Source: Deltaproteobacteria bacterium TMED58
GTDB taxonomy: Bacteria > Desulfobacterota_D > UBA1144
NCBI GenBank assembly: GCA_002167555.2
Contig: NHDL02000001.1
Span: forward strand, 131,392 to 195,391
Length of the DNA: 64,000 bases
Direction of reading: 5' to 3'
Shown here: one piece after another, positions 1 through 9,562 of the stretch
How positions within the stretch are numbered: position 1 is the stretch's first letter
How the letters are laid out: each line of letters starts with the position of its first letter
The notes under the pieces: model-generated
Told to the model about the DNA's origin: nothing
What the model saw: only the letters and a program-made list of their open reading frames with translations
The model's database searches: none
Made by a program: the position numbers and the translations under genes

Positions 1-1
1 T

Positions 2-235
2 AATTTATTCACCCCACCATCTAATAGTTGGTTTAAAACGGATATTTTTATTAATCAGGGTTTTGAATTTGGTTTGACGGATGCTTTGTTGACTAATTTC
101 CATTTACCCAAATCATCTTTATTAGTCCTTATTTCATCTTTTTTAGGATATGAATTAACCAAAGTATCTTATGAATATGCCATCAAGGAAAAGTTTAAAT
201 TTTACAGCTATGGAGATGCAATGCTAATAGTTTGA
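2..235 (+). CDS. queA: S-adenosylmethionine:tRNA ribosyltransferase-isomerase, C-terminal fragment (5' end lies outside the window)
   Basis: Own translation of frame 2 from the window edge: ...LTNFHLPKSSLLVLISSFLGYELTKVSYEYAIKEKFKFYSYGDAMLIV*. TNFHLPKS and (F/Y)SYGDAMLI are conserved QueA C-terminal motifs. Stop TGA at 233-235. Not in the ORF track because it has no start in the window. Confidence 0.8.
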   Translation, partial: NLFTPPSNSWFKTDIFINQGFEFGLTDALLTNFHLPKSSLLVLISSFLGYELTKVSYEYAIKEKFKFYSYGDAMLIV

Positions 236-283
236 TTTACTTAGCAAATTGCATTATGTGAATTTGAATATAAAATCATTTAA

Positions 284-1366
284 ATGCCAGGTAATTCATT
301 TGGGAATATATTTAAGATTACTACTTGGGGCGAATCCCATGGAAAAGCTTTAGGAGTTGTTATCGATGGTTGTCCTGCTGGCCTCAAAATATCAGAGAAA
401 GATATTCAATTAGAGCTTGATAGAAGAATGCCAGGTCAAAGTAAGTATACGACACAACGAAAAGAGACTGATAAAGTCGAGATACTATCAGGACTTTTTA
501 ACGGAGTTACAACTGGTACTCCAATTTCAATGTTAATACCTAATGTCGATGCAATTTCTAAATCATATGAAAATTTTAAAGATATCTATAGGCCAGGCCA
601 TGCTGATCTAAGTTATGACGAAAAATATGGTATTAGAGATTATAGGGGCGGTGGTAGATCTTCAAACAGAGAGACTGTTGGAAGAGTTGCTGCTGGTGCT
701 ATCGCAAAAAAACTACTTAAAGCAATGAAAATTAAAACTTTTGGTTTTGTTCAACAAATTGGAAATATAAAATGCGAAAAAATTAATATTAATTATATTG
801 AAAAAAATTCACTACGAATCGCTGATAAAGGGAAATTTGATGAAATGGCAAATTTAATAGATTCAGTTAGAAAATCCGGAGATTCAATCGGCGGTGTAAT
901 AGAAGTTAGGTCTACAGGTATGCCAGCAGGACTTGGTTCACCTGTTTTTGAAAAACTCGATGCTAGACTTTCTTCAGCAATTATGGGTATCGGTGGTGTT
1001 AGAGGCTTTGAGATTGGACTTGGATTTCAGGTAGCATCAATGAAGGGATCAGAAGTAAATGATATTATGGTTGGGAAGTCAAAGGGAAAAGTAAAGTTCA
1101 GAACAAATAATGCTGGAGGAATATTGGGGGGTATTAGCAATGGTAATGATTTAATTTTAAGATTTGCCCTAAAACCTTCTTCATCTATTTCACAGAAGCA
1201 AGATTCTATTGATAATAAAGGTAAACAAAAGAAACTTCAGGTTAAAGGTAGACATGATCCATGTCTATGTCCAAGAGCGGTACCCATTGCAGAAGCTATG
1301 GTCAACTTAGTACTCTTAGATTGCATATTGGAAAATAACTTATCAACGGTAAAAAAGATTACTTAA
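284..1366 (+). CDS. aroC: chorismate synthase
   Basis: 360 aa. N-terminus FGNIFKITTWGESHGKALGVVIDGCPAGL and KGRHDPCLCPRAVP are hallmark chorismate synthase motifs. Confidence 0.95.
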   Translation: MPGNSFGNIFKITTWGESHGKALGVVIDGCPAGLKISEKDIQLELDRRMPGQSKYTTQRKETDKVEILSGLFNGVTTGTPISMLIPNVDAISKSYENFKDIYRPGHADLSYDEKYGIRDYRGGGRSSNRETVGRVAAGAIAKKLLKAMKIKTFGFVQQIGNIKCEKININYIEKNSLRIADKGKFDEMANLIDSVRKSGDSIGGVIEVRSTGMPAGLGSPVFEKLDARLSSAIMGIGGVRGFEIGLGFQVASMKGSEVNDIMVGKSKGKVKFRTNNAGGILGGISNGNDLILRFALKPSSSISQKQDSIDNKGKQKKLQVKGRHDPCLCPRAVPIAEAMVNLVLLDCILENNLSTVKKIT

Positions 1367-1370
1367 TATC

Positions 1371-2510
1371 CTAGAGTTTGTCTAAAATTTGAGTTGCTTT
1401 TGCAACACCCGATCCCGGTTCAAATTTGTACTTTAGCTCTGTTAATATTCCTTCAACGCCTGCAATAACAGAAATTATATCCGCTTTATCTACATACCCC
1501 ATATGCGTTATTCTGAATATTTTTCCTTTTGCTTGGTCTTGTCCACCAGCGACAATCATTCCATACTTTTTCTTTAATCCTTTAATAATTAAACCCGCAT
1601 CAATTCCTTCGGGAGATTTAATTACAGAAAGTGCAGTACTAGTACAACCTTTGGCAAAATTTTCTAAACCCATAGCTTCGAAACCTTTGGTCGTTGCTTC
1701 AGATAAAATTGAGTGTCTTTCGAATAGTTTTTCTAAACCAAGTTTTTCAAAATATTCCAAGACTGCATTAAGACCAATTACTAATGTTACAGCAGGTGTC
1801 CAAGGAGAGGTTTTTTTGAGACTATTTTTATGGGCTTGACTTAAATCCAAATAGAATTTTGGAAGATCAGATTTATCATTAAAATCCCAAGCTTTTTTGC
1901 TCAGAACTATAAATGCAAGACCCGGTGGCATCATAAATGCTTTTTGGGAGCCACCAATTAAAATATCTATCCCCCACTTGTCAAACTCAACTGGGAAGGC
2001 ACCGACAGCGGTAATTCCATCAACAATCAAAATTATATCATCACGACTTTTTGTAAGTTTAGCAATATCCTCTATAGGGTGCTCGACTCCAGTAGATGTT
2101 TCACTTGCTTGAACAAGAATTGCTTTGATAGATTTGTTTTCCTTAAGAGCATCTTCGATTACTTTAGGACTAACGGCTTTTCCCCACTCTACTTTTATTT
2201 CTATTGTATTGACCCCATATGCTTTACAAATTTTTAGCCATCGCTCACCAAATTTACCACCATTAACAACTAAAGCCGTATCCCCTTTACTTAAAGTATT
2301 ACAAATCGCTGCATCCATAGCCCCAGTTCCTGAAGAAGCTAAAATTAAAACCTCCTCCTCTGTCATAAAGACCTTTTTAAGACCTTGAGTAGCTTTATAA
2401 AAAATTTCTTCAAACTCCTCAGTTCTATGGTGGATAATTGGTTTTGCCATCTCTAGCATCACAAATTCTGGAACGGGTACAGGTCCTGGTGTTAAAACAT
2501 AATTTTTCAA
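1371..2510 (-). CDS. class-V PLP aminotransferase (serine-glyoxylate / alanine-glyoxylate / serine-pyruvate aminotransferase family)
   Basis: 379 aa. Class-V fold signature with PLP-lysine context GGSQKAFMMPPGLAF. Overall AGXT/SgaA-like layout. Substrate cannot be fixed by eye. Confidence 0.8.
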   Translation of the reverse strand: MKNYVLTPGPVPVPEFVMLEMAKPIIHHRTEEFEEIFYKATQGLKKVFMTEEEVLILASSGTGAMDAAICNTLSKGDTALVVNGGKFGERWLKICKAYGVNTIEIKVEWGKAVSPKVIEDALKENKSIKAILVQASETSTGVEHPIEDIAKLTKSRDDIILIVDGITAVGAFPVEFDKWGIDILIGGSQKAFMMPPGLAFIVLSKKAWDFNDKSDLPKFYLDLSQAHKNSLKKTSPWTPAVTLVIGLNAVLEYFEKLGLEKLFERHSILSEATTKGFEAMGLENFAKGCTSTALSVIKSPEGIDAGLIIKGLKKKYGMIVAGGQDQAKGKIFRITHMGYVDKADIISVIAGVEGILTELKYKFEPGSGVAKATQILDKL

Positions 2511-2575
2511 AATTTACTCCCCTAAGATAATAAAAATGTTAAGTTTAATATAACATTAATTATTGAGTTAAAAAA

Positions 2576-3671
2576 ATGATTGAATTTATTCAAACCCTAA
2601 AAGTATTAAAGAAGAAGCTTGAAGTAATTAGAGGTTATCTTTGACCTTGAAAGTCTGGAGATTGAATTAATAAATCTTGTCAAAGAGTCCGAGAAGAATG
2701 ATTTTTGGTCAGATAAAAAGAAAGCCCAATTTACACTTAAAAATATTTCTACAATTAATAAGAGGTTAGATTCTTATAAATCTCTAGAAAATGAATTATC
2801 TGAACAATTTGAAATAAGTGAACTATATAAAGATGAAGAAGTAGATAGAGAAACTTTAAAAGAAATGGAAACTTCTTTGACAGAGTTAAAAAAATTAATT
2901 GAAGCCTTTGAAATTACTGTAATGCTTTCGGGTAAAGATGACAATAAGAATGCAATAATATCAATTAACTCAGGGGCGGGTGGCACAGAAGCACAAGATT
3001 GGGCTAGTATGCTATCAAGGATGTATTTTCGTTATTCTGAGACTAATAATTTAAAAGCTGAGTTTCTAGATTTTTTAGATGGTGAAGAGGCAGGTTTAAA
3101 AAATTGTAGCATTTTAGTTAAAGGTGAATTTGCCTATGGATATCTAAAAAATGAAATTGGTGTTCATAGGCTAGTAAGAATATCCCCTTTTGATTCCAAT
3201 AAACGTAGACATACTTCTTTTGCATCAGTATCGGTTTCACCAGAAGTCGAACTGGATATAGATGTAGAAATCGATGATAAGGATTTGAAAGTTGATACCT
3301 TTAGAGCTGCTGGAGCTGGAGGTCAACATGTAAATAAAACAGATTCTGCTGTTAGGATTACACATATACCTTCAGGAATTGTAGTTGGATGTCAAAATCA
3401 AAGATCTCAGCATCAAAATAAGAATGCAGCAATGAAGATTCTTTCATCAAAGCTTTATGATTTAGAGATGGAAAAAATTAAAACAAAAGATGAAAAACTT
3501 AATTCTGAGAAAAAAGATATTGGCTGGGGAAGCCAAGTCCGCTCCTATATTTTGCACCCATATAGAATGGTTAAAGACCATCGGACTGGGACAGAAATAG
3601 GGGATGTAGATTCTTTCTTGGATGGTAGCTTTCAAGATTTAATTGAAAAACTTCTTTCATCCGAGAAATAA
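2576..3671 (+). CDS. prfB: peptide chain release factor 2, requires +1 programmed ribosomal frameshift: join(2576..2641,2643..3671)
   Basis: ATG 2576 opens MIEFIQTLKVLKKKLEVIRGYL, then TGA at 2642-2644. The +1 frame from 2643 (DLESLEIELINLVKESEKNDFW...) is stop-free and runs into the tracked ORF 2865..3671. That ORF carries the RF2-specific SPF motif (RISPFDS) and GGQ (AGGQHVNKTDSAVRITH). Confidence 0.9.
2630..2645 (+). promoter_or_regulatory. RF2 autoregulatory +1 frameshift site (SD-like AGAGGT, then TAT CTT TGA C)
   Basis: Sequence AGAGGTTATCTTTGAC read directly. It matches the canonical internal-SD + CUU UGA C recoding cassette of bacterial prfB. Confidence 0.85.
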
Positions 3672-3712
3672 CACTCAATACAAAATAATTAATCTAATTT
3701 ATAATATATATA

Positions 3713-4579
3713 ATGATTTTTGGAGTTCTTGCAAAGCCACGACTTAAAAATTTTAGAAAGGTTAAGTTGGCCTTAATAAAATTTCTTGGTAAAAAAAGGT
3801 CGACTTTACTTGTAGATGAATCACTAGAAAAATATTCTAGCCCTAAGACTTCTTATGCTTCTAAGGATCAGGTAATAAAAAACTCTGATGTTTTAATTGT
3901 CCTAGGTGGGGATGGCACACTTTTACATATTGCCGAGGCAGCCGCAAAAAATAAAAAACCAGTTTTAGGAATTAACTTAGGAAATCTTGGTTTTTTAACA
4001 GAAGCACCTATTAATAAATTAGAACATTTATTAAAAGAGTTTTTTGATAAGAATCTTATTGTAGATACAAGAGAGCTTTTGCAAGCAAAAATAATTAAGA
4101 ATAAGAAAGCTATCTTAAAAACAAGTTTCCTCAATGATGTGGTAATTAACAAGGGTGCGCTAGCCAAGATTATTAATTTGGATTTATTTATAGATAAAGC
4201 CCTTGTATCTAACATAAGAGCGGATGGTATTATCTTCTCTTCTCCAACTGGTTCCACAGCTTATTCAATGTCAGCAGGGGGTCCTATTGTTACACCAAGC
4301 TTACCTTTAGTAATCATTACTCCGATTTGTCCCCATACATTATCAAATAGACCCTTAGTAGTATCAAACAAATCTGCAATTAGAGTTAAGATAAATTCTT
4401 TAAATTCCCCTATTTTTACTACCTTTGATGGTGGCGATAGCATGGAGATGGAAGAAGGTTTTGAGTTAGAAATCACAAAATCTAATTTGAAATTAAGTTT
4501 GTTACGATCTCAAGAAACACAATACTTCAATGTTCTGAAGGATAAATTGATGTGGAGTAATAATTATGGGAGAAAATGA
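3713..4579 (+). CDS. nadK: NAD kinase
   Basis: 288 aa. GGDGTLL and NLGNLGFLTE motifs. FSSPTGSTAYSMSAGGPIV conserved block. Confidence 0.9.
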   Translation: MIFGVLAKPRLKNFRKVKLALIKFLGKKRSTLLVDESLEKYSSPKTSYASKDQVIKNSDVLIVLGGDGTLLHIAEAAAKNKKPVLGINLGNLGFLTEAPINKLEHLLKEFFDKNLIVDTRELLQAKIIKNKKAILKTSFLNDVVINKGALAKIINLDLFIDKALVSNIRADGIIFSSPTGSTAYSMSAGGPIVTPSLPLVIITPICPHTLSNRPLVVSNKSAIRVKINSLNSPIFTTFDGGDSMEMEEGFELEITKSNLKLSLLRSQETQYFNVLKDKLMWSNNYGRK

Positions 4580-4937
4580 AAGAGATATATTCTTGCATGA
4601 TTGGGTAATAGATGAAATAAAGTTTCAATACTCAAAGGAATTTAACGAAATTCAAATTAATAAGCATGGTGTTGAAGTAAATGATATTCAAGGGCAATTT
4701 CCTGATATTATTTTTGCTAACTATGGGCAGGTAGTAATGTTAGGCGAGGTTGAGGTTGAGTCAACAATTAATGATAATTCTATAGAAAAATGGAAGAATA
4801 TTATGTCCACAGGTATTAGCTTAATAGTATTTGTCCCAAAAGAAAAATTAAAGTTAGCCAGAGATATGTGTTGGGAAAATAAATTGATAGAGAAAATTAA
4901 AGTATCCTCCTTTTCAGTCGAGATTCCTATTAAATAA
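4566..4937 (+). CDS. hypothetical small protein (possible PD-(D/E)xK-like fold)
   Basis: 123-aa ORF overlapping the nadK 3' end by 14 nt and the convergent fmt 3' end by 8 nt. Contains FPDIIF...GEVEVE, loosely reminiscent of restriction-endonuclease-like cores. No family recognised. Confidence 0.45.
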   Translation: MGENERDIFLHDWVIDEIKFQYSKEFNEIQINKHGVEVNDIQGQFPDIIFANYGQVVMLGEVEVESTINDNSIEKWKNIMSTGISLIVFVPKEKLKLARDMCWENKLIEKIKVSSFSVEIPIK

Positions 4938-5865
4938 ATTCTATATGAGATTTAAATGAAATCCCGTTAATGAAGTCTTTGCCTGAAATTTTTTTTTGCC
5001 CACTTTTTTGAATATGTAATATCTCGATATTTGTATCTTTACAGCCTACAATCATACAGCCATTAACTTTTTTAATAACTCCAGGGGGAATTTTCTCTGA
5101 ATTATTCTGAGTAATTTGATAAATCTTTATCATAGATTTATCAAGTTTGGTGTATGCAACGGGCCAAGGATTACACCCACGGATTAAGTCATTAATCTCA
5201 TTAAAACTCTTCTCCCAATCAATTAAACCATCCTCTTTTGTCATCTTTGGAGCAATTGTTGCCTTGCTATGATCCTGCTTCTTTGAATTAATAATTGGGT
5301 TAATATCAAGCTCTTTGATTAGCTTAACTATTTGACTAGCACCTAGATTTGCTAATTTTTCTGTAAGAGATATCGTGGTGTCAGCACTTTGAATGCCGAT
5401 TTTAGAGATGGATATTATATTTCCTGAATCCATTCCCTCATCCATTTCCATTAACGTTATACCTGTTTCTTTATTACCATTTATAATGGCTCTATTTATA
5501 GGCGCCGCACCTCTAAGCTGTGGAAGTAATGATGCATGAATATTTATACAGCCAATTTTTGGTATCGATAAGATTTCTTTAGAGAGAATTTTACCATAAG
5601 CCGCCACGACAATAATATCTGGTTCAATATCATTAATTTGAGATAAAAAATCTTTATTGTCTTTAATTTTTTCTGGTTGCAAGAATTTAACATCTCTATT
5701 AATACAATAGGTTTTTACAGGAGAAAAAATTATTTCTTTTTTTCTTCCTGTTGGCTTGTCAGGTTGAGTAACAACAAGACTAACGTTGAAATGTTGATTG
5801 ATGGACTCTAAGCTTTTTAATGCAAAATGTGGAGTTCCCATAAAAATTATTTTCATTTTATTCAA
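4930..5865 (-). CDS. fmt: methionyl-tRNA formyltransferase
   Basis: 311 aa. KIIFMGTPHFA N-terminus and IHASLLPQLRGAAPINRAI formyltransferase motif. Confidence 0.95.
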   Translation of the reverse strand: MNKMKIIFMGTPHFALKSLESINQHFNVSLVVTQPDKPTGRKKEIIFSPVKTYCINRDVKFLQPEKIKDNKDFLSQINDIEPDIIVVAAYGKILSKEILSIPKIGCINIHASLLPQLRGAAPINRAIINGNKETGITLMEMDEGMDSGNIISISKIGIQSADTTISLTEKLANLGASQIVKLIKELDINPIINSKKQDHSKATIAPKMTKEDGLIDWEKSFNEINDLIRGCNPWPVAYTKLDKSMIKIYQITQNNSEKIPPGVIKKVNGCMIVGCKDTNIEILHIQKSGQKKISGKDFINGISFKSHIEFI

Positions 5866-7357
5866 ATAAGTCTAAGAGGCCTTTTATATTTCTTCTCACA
5901 AAGAATTTAATCTGATCAATATAAGAAGTTTTTCTGAAATAAACCGTTTCATTCTCTTTAAAGACTGTTATGCTTCCCCCTATTTCAAATTCTCCTTCAA
6001 AGAGTGCTCTTGCAAAAATTCTTTTGTGTTTCAAAGTATCAATTATCCCCAGTGTTAGAGGTGAGTCAAATCCCTCCGGAGTAACGTAGAGAGTCGTATA
6101 GCTCGCAAGTTTTCCTTCTAACTCCTCACCCTCATTTATAAGCTGAGCACTATCAGGTATTTTTTGAATAATTGCATGATCTATTTGATTGTAATTAGGA
6201 ATAGTTGTATTTCTATATGCAACTTTTTCTAGGATATTTACAAAAATATTGTTTCCCATTCCACCGATAGAGTGACAAAGGGCAATATTATTCTTTTCAA
6301 CTTGTCTTGAATCAGATACTTTATTTCGCATTTGCTTAACACAATCTACTATTTGGGCGAGACCCGTTGCACCTACAGGGTGCCCTCTAGATTTTAGGCC
6401 GCCAGATGGATTAATAGGAAGATTACCTTTTAATTTTGTTTCATCATTAAGTATGTGGATATAAGATTTACCCTGATCAAAAAAACCTAAGTCCTCAGTA
6501 TTTATGGCCTCGAAGCTAGTAAAGGCATCATGAACTTCAGCAAAATCAATATCTTTAGGTGAAAGCGATGAAGACTTATAGGCTTTTTTTGCCGCAAGTT
6601 TTGTTGCAGCAAAATGGCTTAAAGATACCCTATTTTTTAGGCTTACGGTATCAGTTGCATGCCCTAGACCACTAACCCTTATATCGGTCTTTTCACATGA
6701 CAGCATCAAGCCAACTGCACCGTCCGAAATAGGTGAACAGTCATACATTTTTAAAGGATTAGATATGACTTTACTATTATTATAATCATCTTCAGATATT
6801 TCTTTTTGGAAATGCGCTAAGGGATTCATAGAGCCATTGTAGTGATTTTTTATCGCTATAGTTCTTAATAATTCATTTAATAATTCTTTATTCATTTTAT
6901 ATCTAAGTTTATATGCCATAGTTACCATAGCTGCGAGTGAAGGCATACTTGCTCCGGATTCTCTTTCATTTTCTTCAATGACTTTTGCTAGTATTTTAGT
7001 AACCTTTTGTGTCTCTAACCCTGACATTTTTTCCCCTGCGATCAGAAGTATATTTTTATAAATACCTGAAGCAATCAAATTACAACCTAAACTAAATATT
7101 GCCGCGCCTGAAGATGATGCTGTTTCTATTCTTAATGAGGGGATACCTTGAATGTCTAAGTAATCTGCCACTAATGAGGAAATATTGGAATTACTACTGA
7201 ATTCTTCTGGATTCATTGATCCAATTAAAAGACAATCCGGTTTTCTTTTAGAGTCCGCTATACATTCCATACCCGCTTGTGTGGTCAGTTGCCTCAGACT
7301 TAAGTCAAAACGACCAAATTTTGTCATCGAAGTGTTCTCTACATAAACTTCACGCAT
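5858..7357 (-). CDS. SCP-x/archaeal-type thiolase-like protein fused to a C-terminal DUF35-type OB-fold domain; nucleophile position is Ser
   Basis: 499 aa. Residues 1-~385 have thiolase-like motifs: TKFGRF, YDCSPISDGA, NPSGGLKSRGHPVGATG, CHSIGGMG. Residues ~405-470 (EGKLASYTTLYVTPEGFDSPLTLGIIDT...GGSITV) look like the DUF35 OB-fold, without the Zn-ribbon cysteines. IETASSSGAA replaces the usual EAACASG, and HDAF replaces HDCF. Confidence 0.75.
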   Translation of the reverse strand: MREVYVENTSMTKFGRFDLSLRQLTTQAGMECIADSKRKPDCLLIGSMNPEEFSSNSNISSLVADYLDIQGIPSLRIETASSSGAAIFSLGCNLIASGIYKNILLIAGEKMSGLETQKVTKILAKVIEENERESGASMPSLAAMVTMAYKLRYKMNKELLNELLRTIAIKNHYNGSMNPLAHFQKEISEDDYNNSKVISNPLKMYDCSPISDGAVGLMLSCEKTDIRVSGLGHATDTVSLKNRVSLSHFAATKLAAKKAYKSSSLSPKDIDFAEVHDAFTSFEAINTEDLGFFDQGKSYIHILNDETKLKGNLPINPSGGLKSRGHPVGATGLAQIVDCVKQMRNKVSDSRQVEKNNIALCHSIGGMGNNIFVNILEKVAYRNTTIPNYNQIDHAIIQKIPDSAQLINEGEELEGKLASYTTLYVTPEGFDSPLTLGIIDTLKHKRIFARALFEGEFEIGGSITVFKENETVYFRKTSYIDQIKFFVRRNIKGLLDLFE

Positions 7358-7395
7358 TTCTTTTTAATTTTAGCATATCAGAAATATTTAACTGG

Positions 7396-7416
7396 ATACA
7401 ATTCTATGAATTGTAT
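7396..7416. promoter_or_regulatory. perfect 9-bp inverted repeat ATACAATTC-TAT-GAATTGTAT, 14 nt upstream of htrA start (operator or 5'-UTR hairpin candidate)
   Basis: Read directly in the 73-nt divergent gap between the thiolase-like gene and htrA. Could be chance in AT-rich DNA. Confidence 0.2.
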
Positions 7417-7430
7417 ATATTTTATTAATA

Positions 7431-8795
7431 ATGATTAGAATTCCAAAGTTTTTCAATATCCTTTTATATCTATTCCTTTTTTTATTTTCATGGAATAGTC
7501 TAGTCAAAGCATCAAGCTTGCCTGATTTAGTGGAACAATTAACTAGTTCAGTAGTCAGAATAGAGACAACAAATATTAGTAAACAAAATCTAAGTATCAC
7601 AGGAGACCCTTTTTTTGATGAGTTCTTCAGAAGACAGTTTGGTGATGATTCCCAACCTAGGACTTCCAAAGGCCTGGGCTCTGGCTTCATTTATTCCAAA
7701 AATGGGTATGTTGTTACAAATTTTCATGTTATTGAAAAAGCAAATGATATTTCAGTAGTACTAAATAATGGAAATCGATATGATGCTAATGTTGTTGGAA
7801 CAGATTCGAGAACCGACTTAGCCTTATTGAAAATCTCTACAAATGAATCTTTAAATGTAGTTAAAGTTGGTAATTCAAACAAGTTGAGAATTGGTGAAGA
7901 CGTTATTGCAATTGGAAATCCATTAGGGTTTGGAGCAACAGTCACAACTGGAATAATAAGTGCTAAAGGTAGGTATATTGATGGACTAGGAACTTATGTT
8001 GATTTCTTACAAACAGATGCAGCATTAAATAGGGGGAATAGTGGGGGACCCCTCTTTAATTTTAAAGGAGAAGTCGTAGGTGTTAACACTGCAATAGCAG
8101 CAAATGGGCAAGGAATTGGATTTGCAATACCTATTTCAATGGCAATCGATGTTATTAAGGATTTGCAGGAGAATGGAAAGGTTCGAAGGGGTTGGATGGG
8201 TGTAGTTGTACAAAAAATAACTCCGGAAATTTCAGATTCCTTAAATCTTAGTTCAACTAATGGTGCCTTGGTAAGCAAGGTTTTAAATGACGGTCCTGCA
8301 TTTAAGTCAGATTTGAGAAGGGGAGATATAATAAAATTTATTAATGGGATTAAGATTATTACATATGAAGATTTGCCTAAGGAGGTAAGTAAACTTAAGC
8401 CTGGAACAGAAATTAGTTTAGTTATTTTGCGTGAATCAAAGGAAATAAATATTCAAATTATCTTAGGTGATATCCCCGAGCCAAAAGGTACTCAATCTTT
8501 AAATTCTAACAAGGGAGCTAAAAAATTCGGCATCATAGTTACTCAAATTCCCGATTCACAAGATAAAGAAAAGACCAAGATAATAGTCTCTAATGTGGCT
8601 AGGTCATCTGATAATACAAAGTTTTTTCTTAAAGGGGATATTATTTTAGAAATTAATAGGCAGCTCGTAACTGATATTGATTCTTTTAATTCAGCAATGA
8701 AGAATATTAAATCAGGTCAGAATTCTCTTTTTCTAATACAAAGACAAAATAGAGATTCTGAAGTTACCTTATATAAATCAATTAAATCTAATTAG
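7431..8795 (+). CDS. htrA: periplasmic serine endoprotease, HtrA/DegP/DegQ family
   Basis: 454 aa. N-terminal signal peptide. Trypsin-like core with catalytic GNSGGPLFN. C-terminal PDZ-like regions. Confidence 0.9.
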   Translation: MIRIPKFFNILLYLFLFLFSWNSLVKASSLPDLVEQLTSSVVRIETTNISKQNLSITGDPFFDEFFRRQFGDDSQPRTSKGLGSGFIYSKNGYVVTNFHVIEKANDISVVLNNGNRYDANVVGTDSRTDLALLKISTNESLNVVKVGNSNKLRIGEDVIAIGNPLGFGATVTTGIISAKGRYIDGLGTYVDFLQTDAALNRGNSGGPLFNFKGEVVGVNTAIAANGQGIGFAIPISMAIDVIKDLQENGKVRRGWMGVVVQKITPEISDSLNLSSTNGALVSKVLNDGPAFKSDLRRGDIIKFINGIKIITYEDLPKEVSKLKPGTEISLVILRESKEINIQIILGDIPEPKGTQSLNSNKGAKKFGIIVTQIPDSQDKEKTKIIVSNVARSSDNTKFFLKGDIILEINRQLVTDIDSFNSAMKNIKSGQNSLFLIQRQNRDSEVTLYKSIKSN

Positions 8796-8797
8796 AT

Positions 8798-9562
8798 TTA
8801 TCTTTTAAACGGAATACCAATCATTGTAGTAGAAGGGGTTGCAAAATTTCTTTTAGGAATTAGACCCGAACTTATCGATTTCGTTACAGCTTCTAATGAA
8901 AGTTTCAGAGCGTGAGCAAATTCTTCCGGGTAATTTGCTTTTGAGATAGCTGTATTAAGTAGTATTCCATCATAACCCATTTCAAATGCCTGACAAACGT
9001 GAGATATCCTTCCAATTCCTGCATCAATTATTAATGTCAGATTAGGCATTTCTTCCCTAATTTTCATAAGTTTTTCAGGGTTTTCTAGTCCTCTACCAGA
9101 ACCAATTTGAGAACCCCAAGGCATAATTACTTCACAACCCAAGGATTCAAGAGTTTTAGTAAATTTGAAGTCATCTGTAGTATACGGAAGAACTTTAAAT
9201 CCCTTTTTAATTAGTGATTCTGTTGCTTTGATTGTATTTTTTATCGAAGGTTTTAATGTAAGATCATCTTCAATAACCTCAAGCTTAATTAAATCTGTTT
9301 CAAAAAGTTCTCTTGCCATTTCTGCTGTAACAATTGCCTCTTGGGCAGAGAGACACCCAGCTGTATTTGGAAGTATAGTGCATTTTGATTTTTTAATTAA
9401 TTTAAAAAAGGAATTATCATCAGCGTCATTTAGCCTACGAACTGATACTGTAACCATCTCAGTTTTTAATATTTTTATACAGTTAAGTAAAACCTTAGGC
9501 GAAGGATAACCTGAGGTACCTAGTATAATGTTTGTTTTAAAATTTTGCCCATATATTTGCAT
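8798..9562 (-). CDS. thiG: thiazole synthase
   Basis: 254 aa. ThiG-like TIM-barrel sequence (ILGTSGYPSP..., LPNTAGC, IMPWGSQIGSGRGL). Directly follows thiS. Confidence 0.93.
   Translation of the reverse strand: MQIYGQNFKTNIILGTSGYPSPKVLLNCIKILKTEMVTVSVRRLNDADDNSFFKLIKKSKCTILPNTAGCLSAQEAIVTAEMARELFETDLIKLEVIEDDLTLKPSIKNTIKATESLIKKGFKVLPYTTDDFKFTKTLESLGCEVIMPWGSQIGSGRGLENPEKLMKIREEMPNLTLIIDAGIGRISHVCQAFEMGYDGILLNTAISKANYPEEFAHALKLSLEAVTKSISSGLIPKRNFATPSTTMIGIPFKR

Noticed and set aside
1426-2388. Three plus-strand ORFs (1426..1839, 1897..2112, 2125..2388) inside the aminotransferase gene
   Set aside because: They are antisense shadow ORFs of a well-supported 379-aa class-V aminotransferase. 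Their products are low-complexity Ser/Pro/Ile-rich with no motifs.
7388-7690. 100-aa minus-strand ORF overlapping the htrA start and the divergent promoter gap
   Set aside because: It overlaps the signal-peptide region of a strongly supported htrA in antisense. It has no motifs or RBS, so it is probably a shadow ORF.
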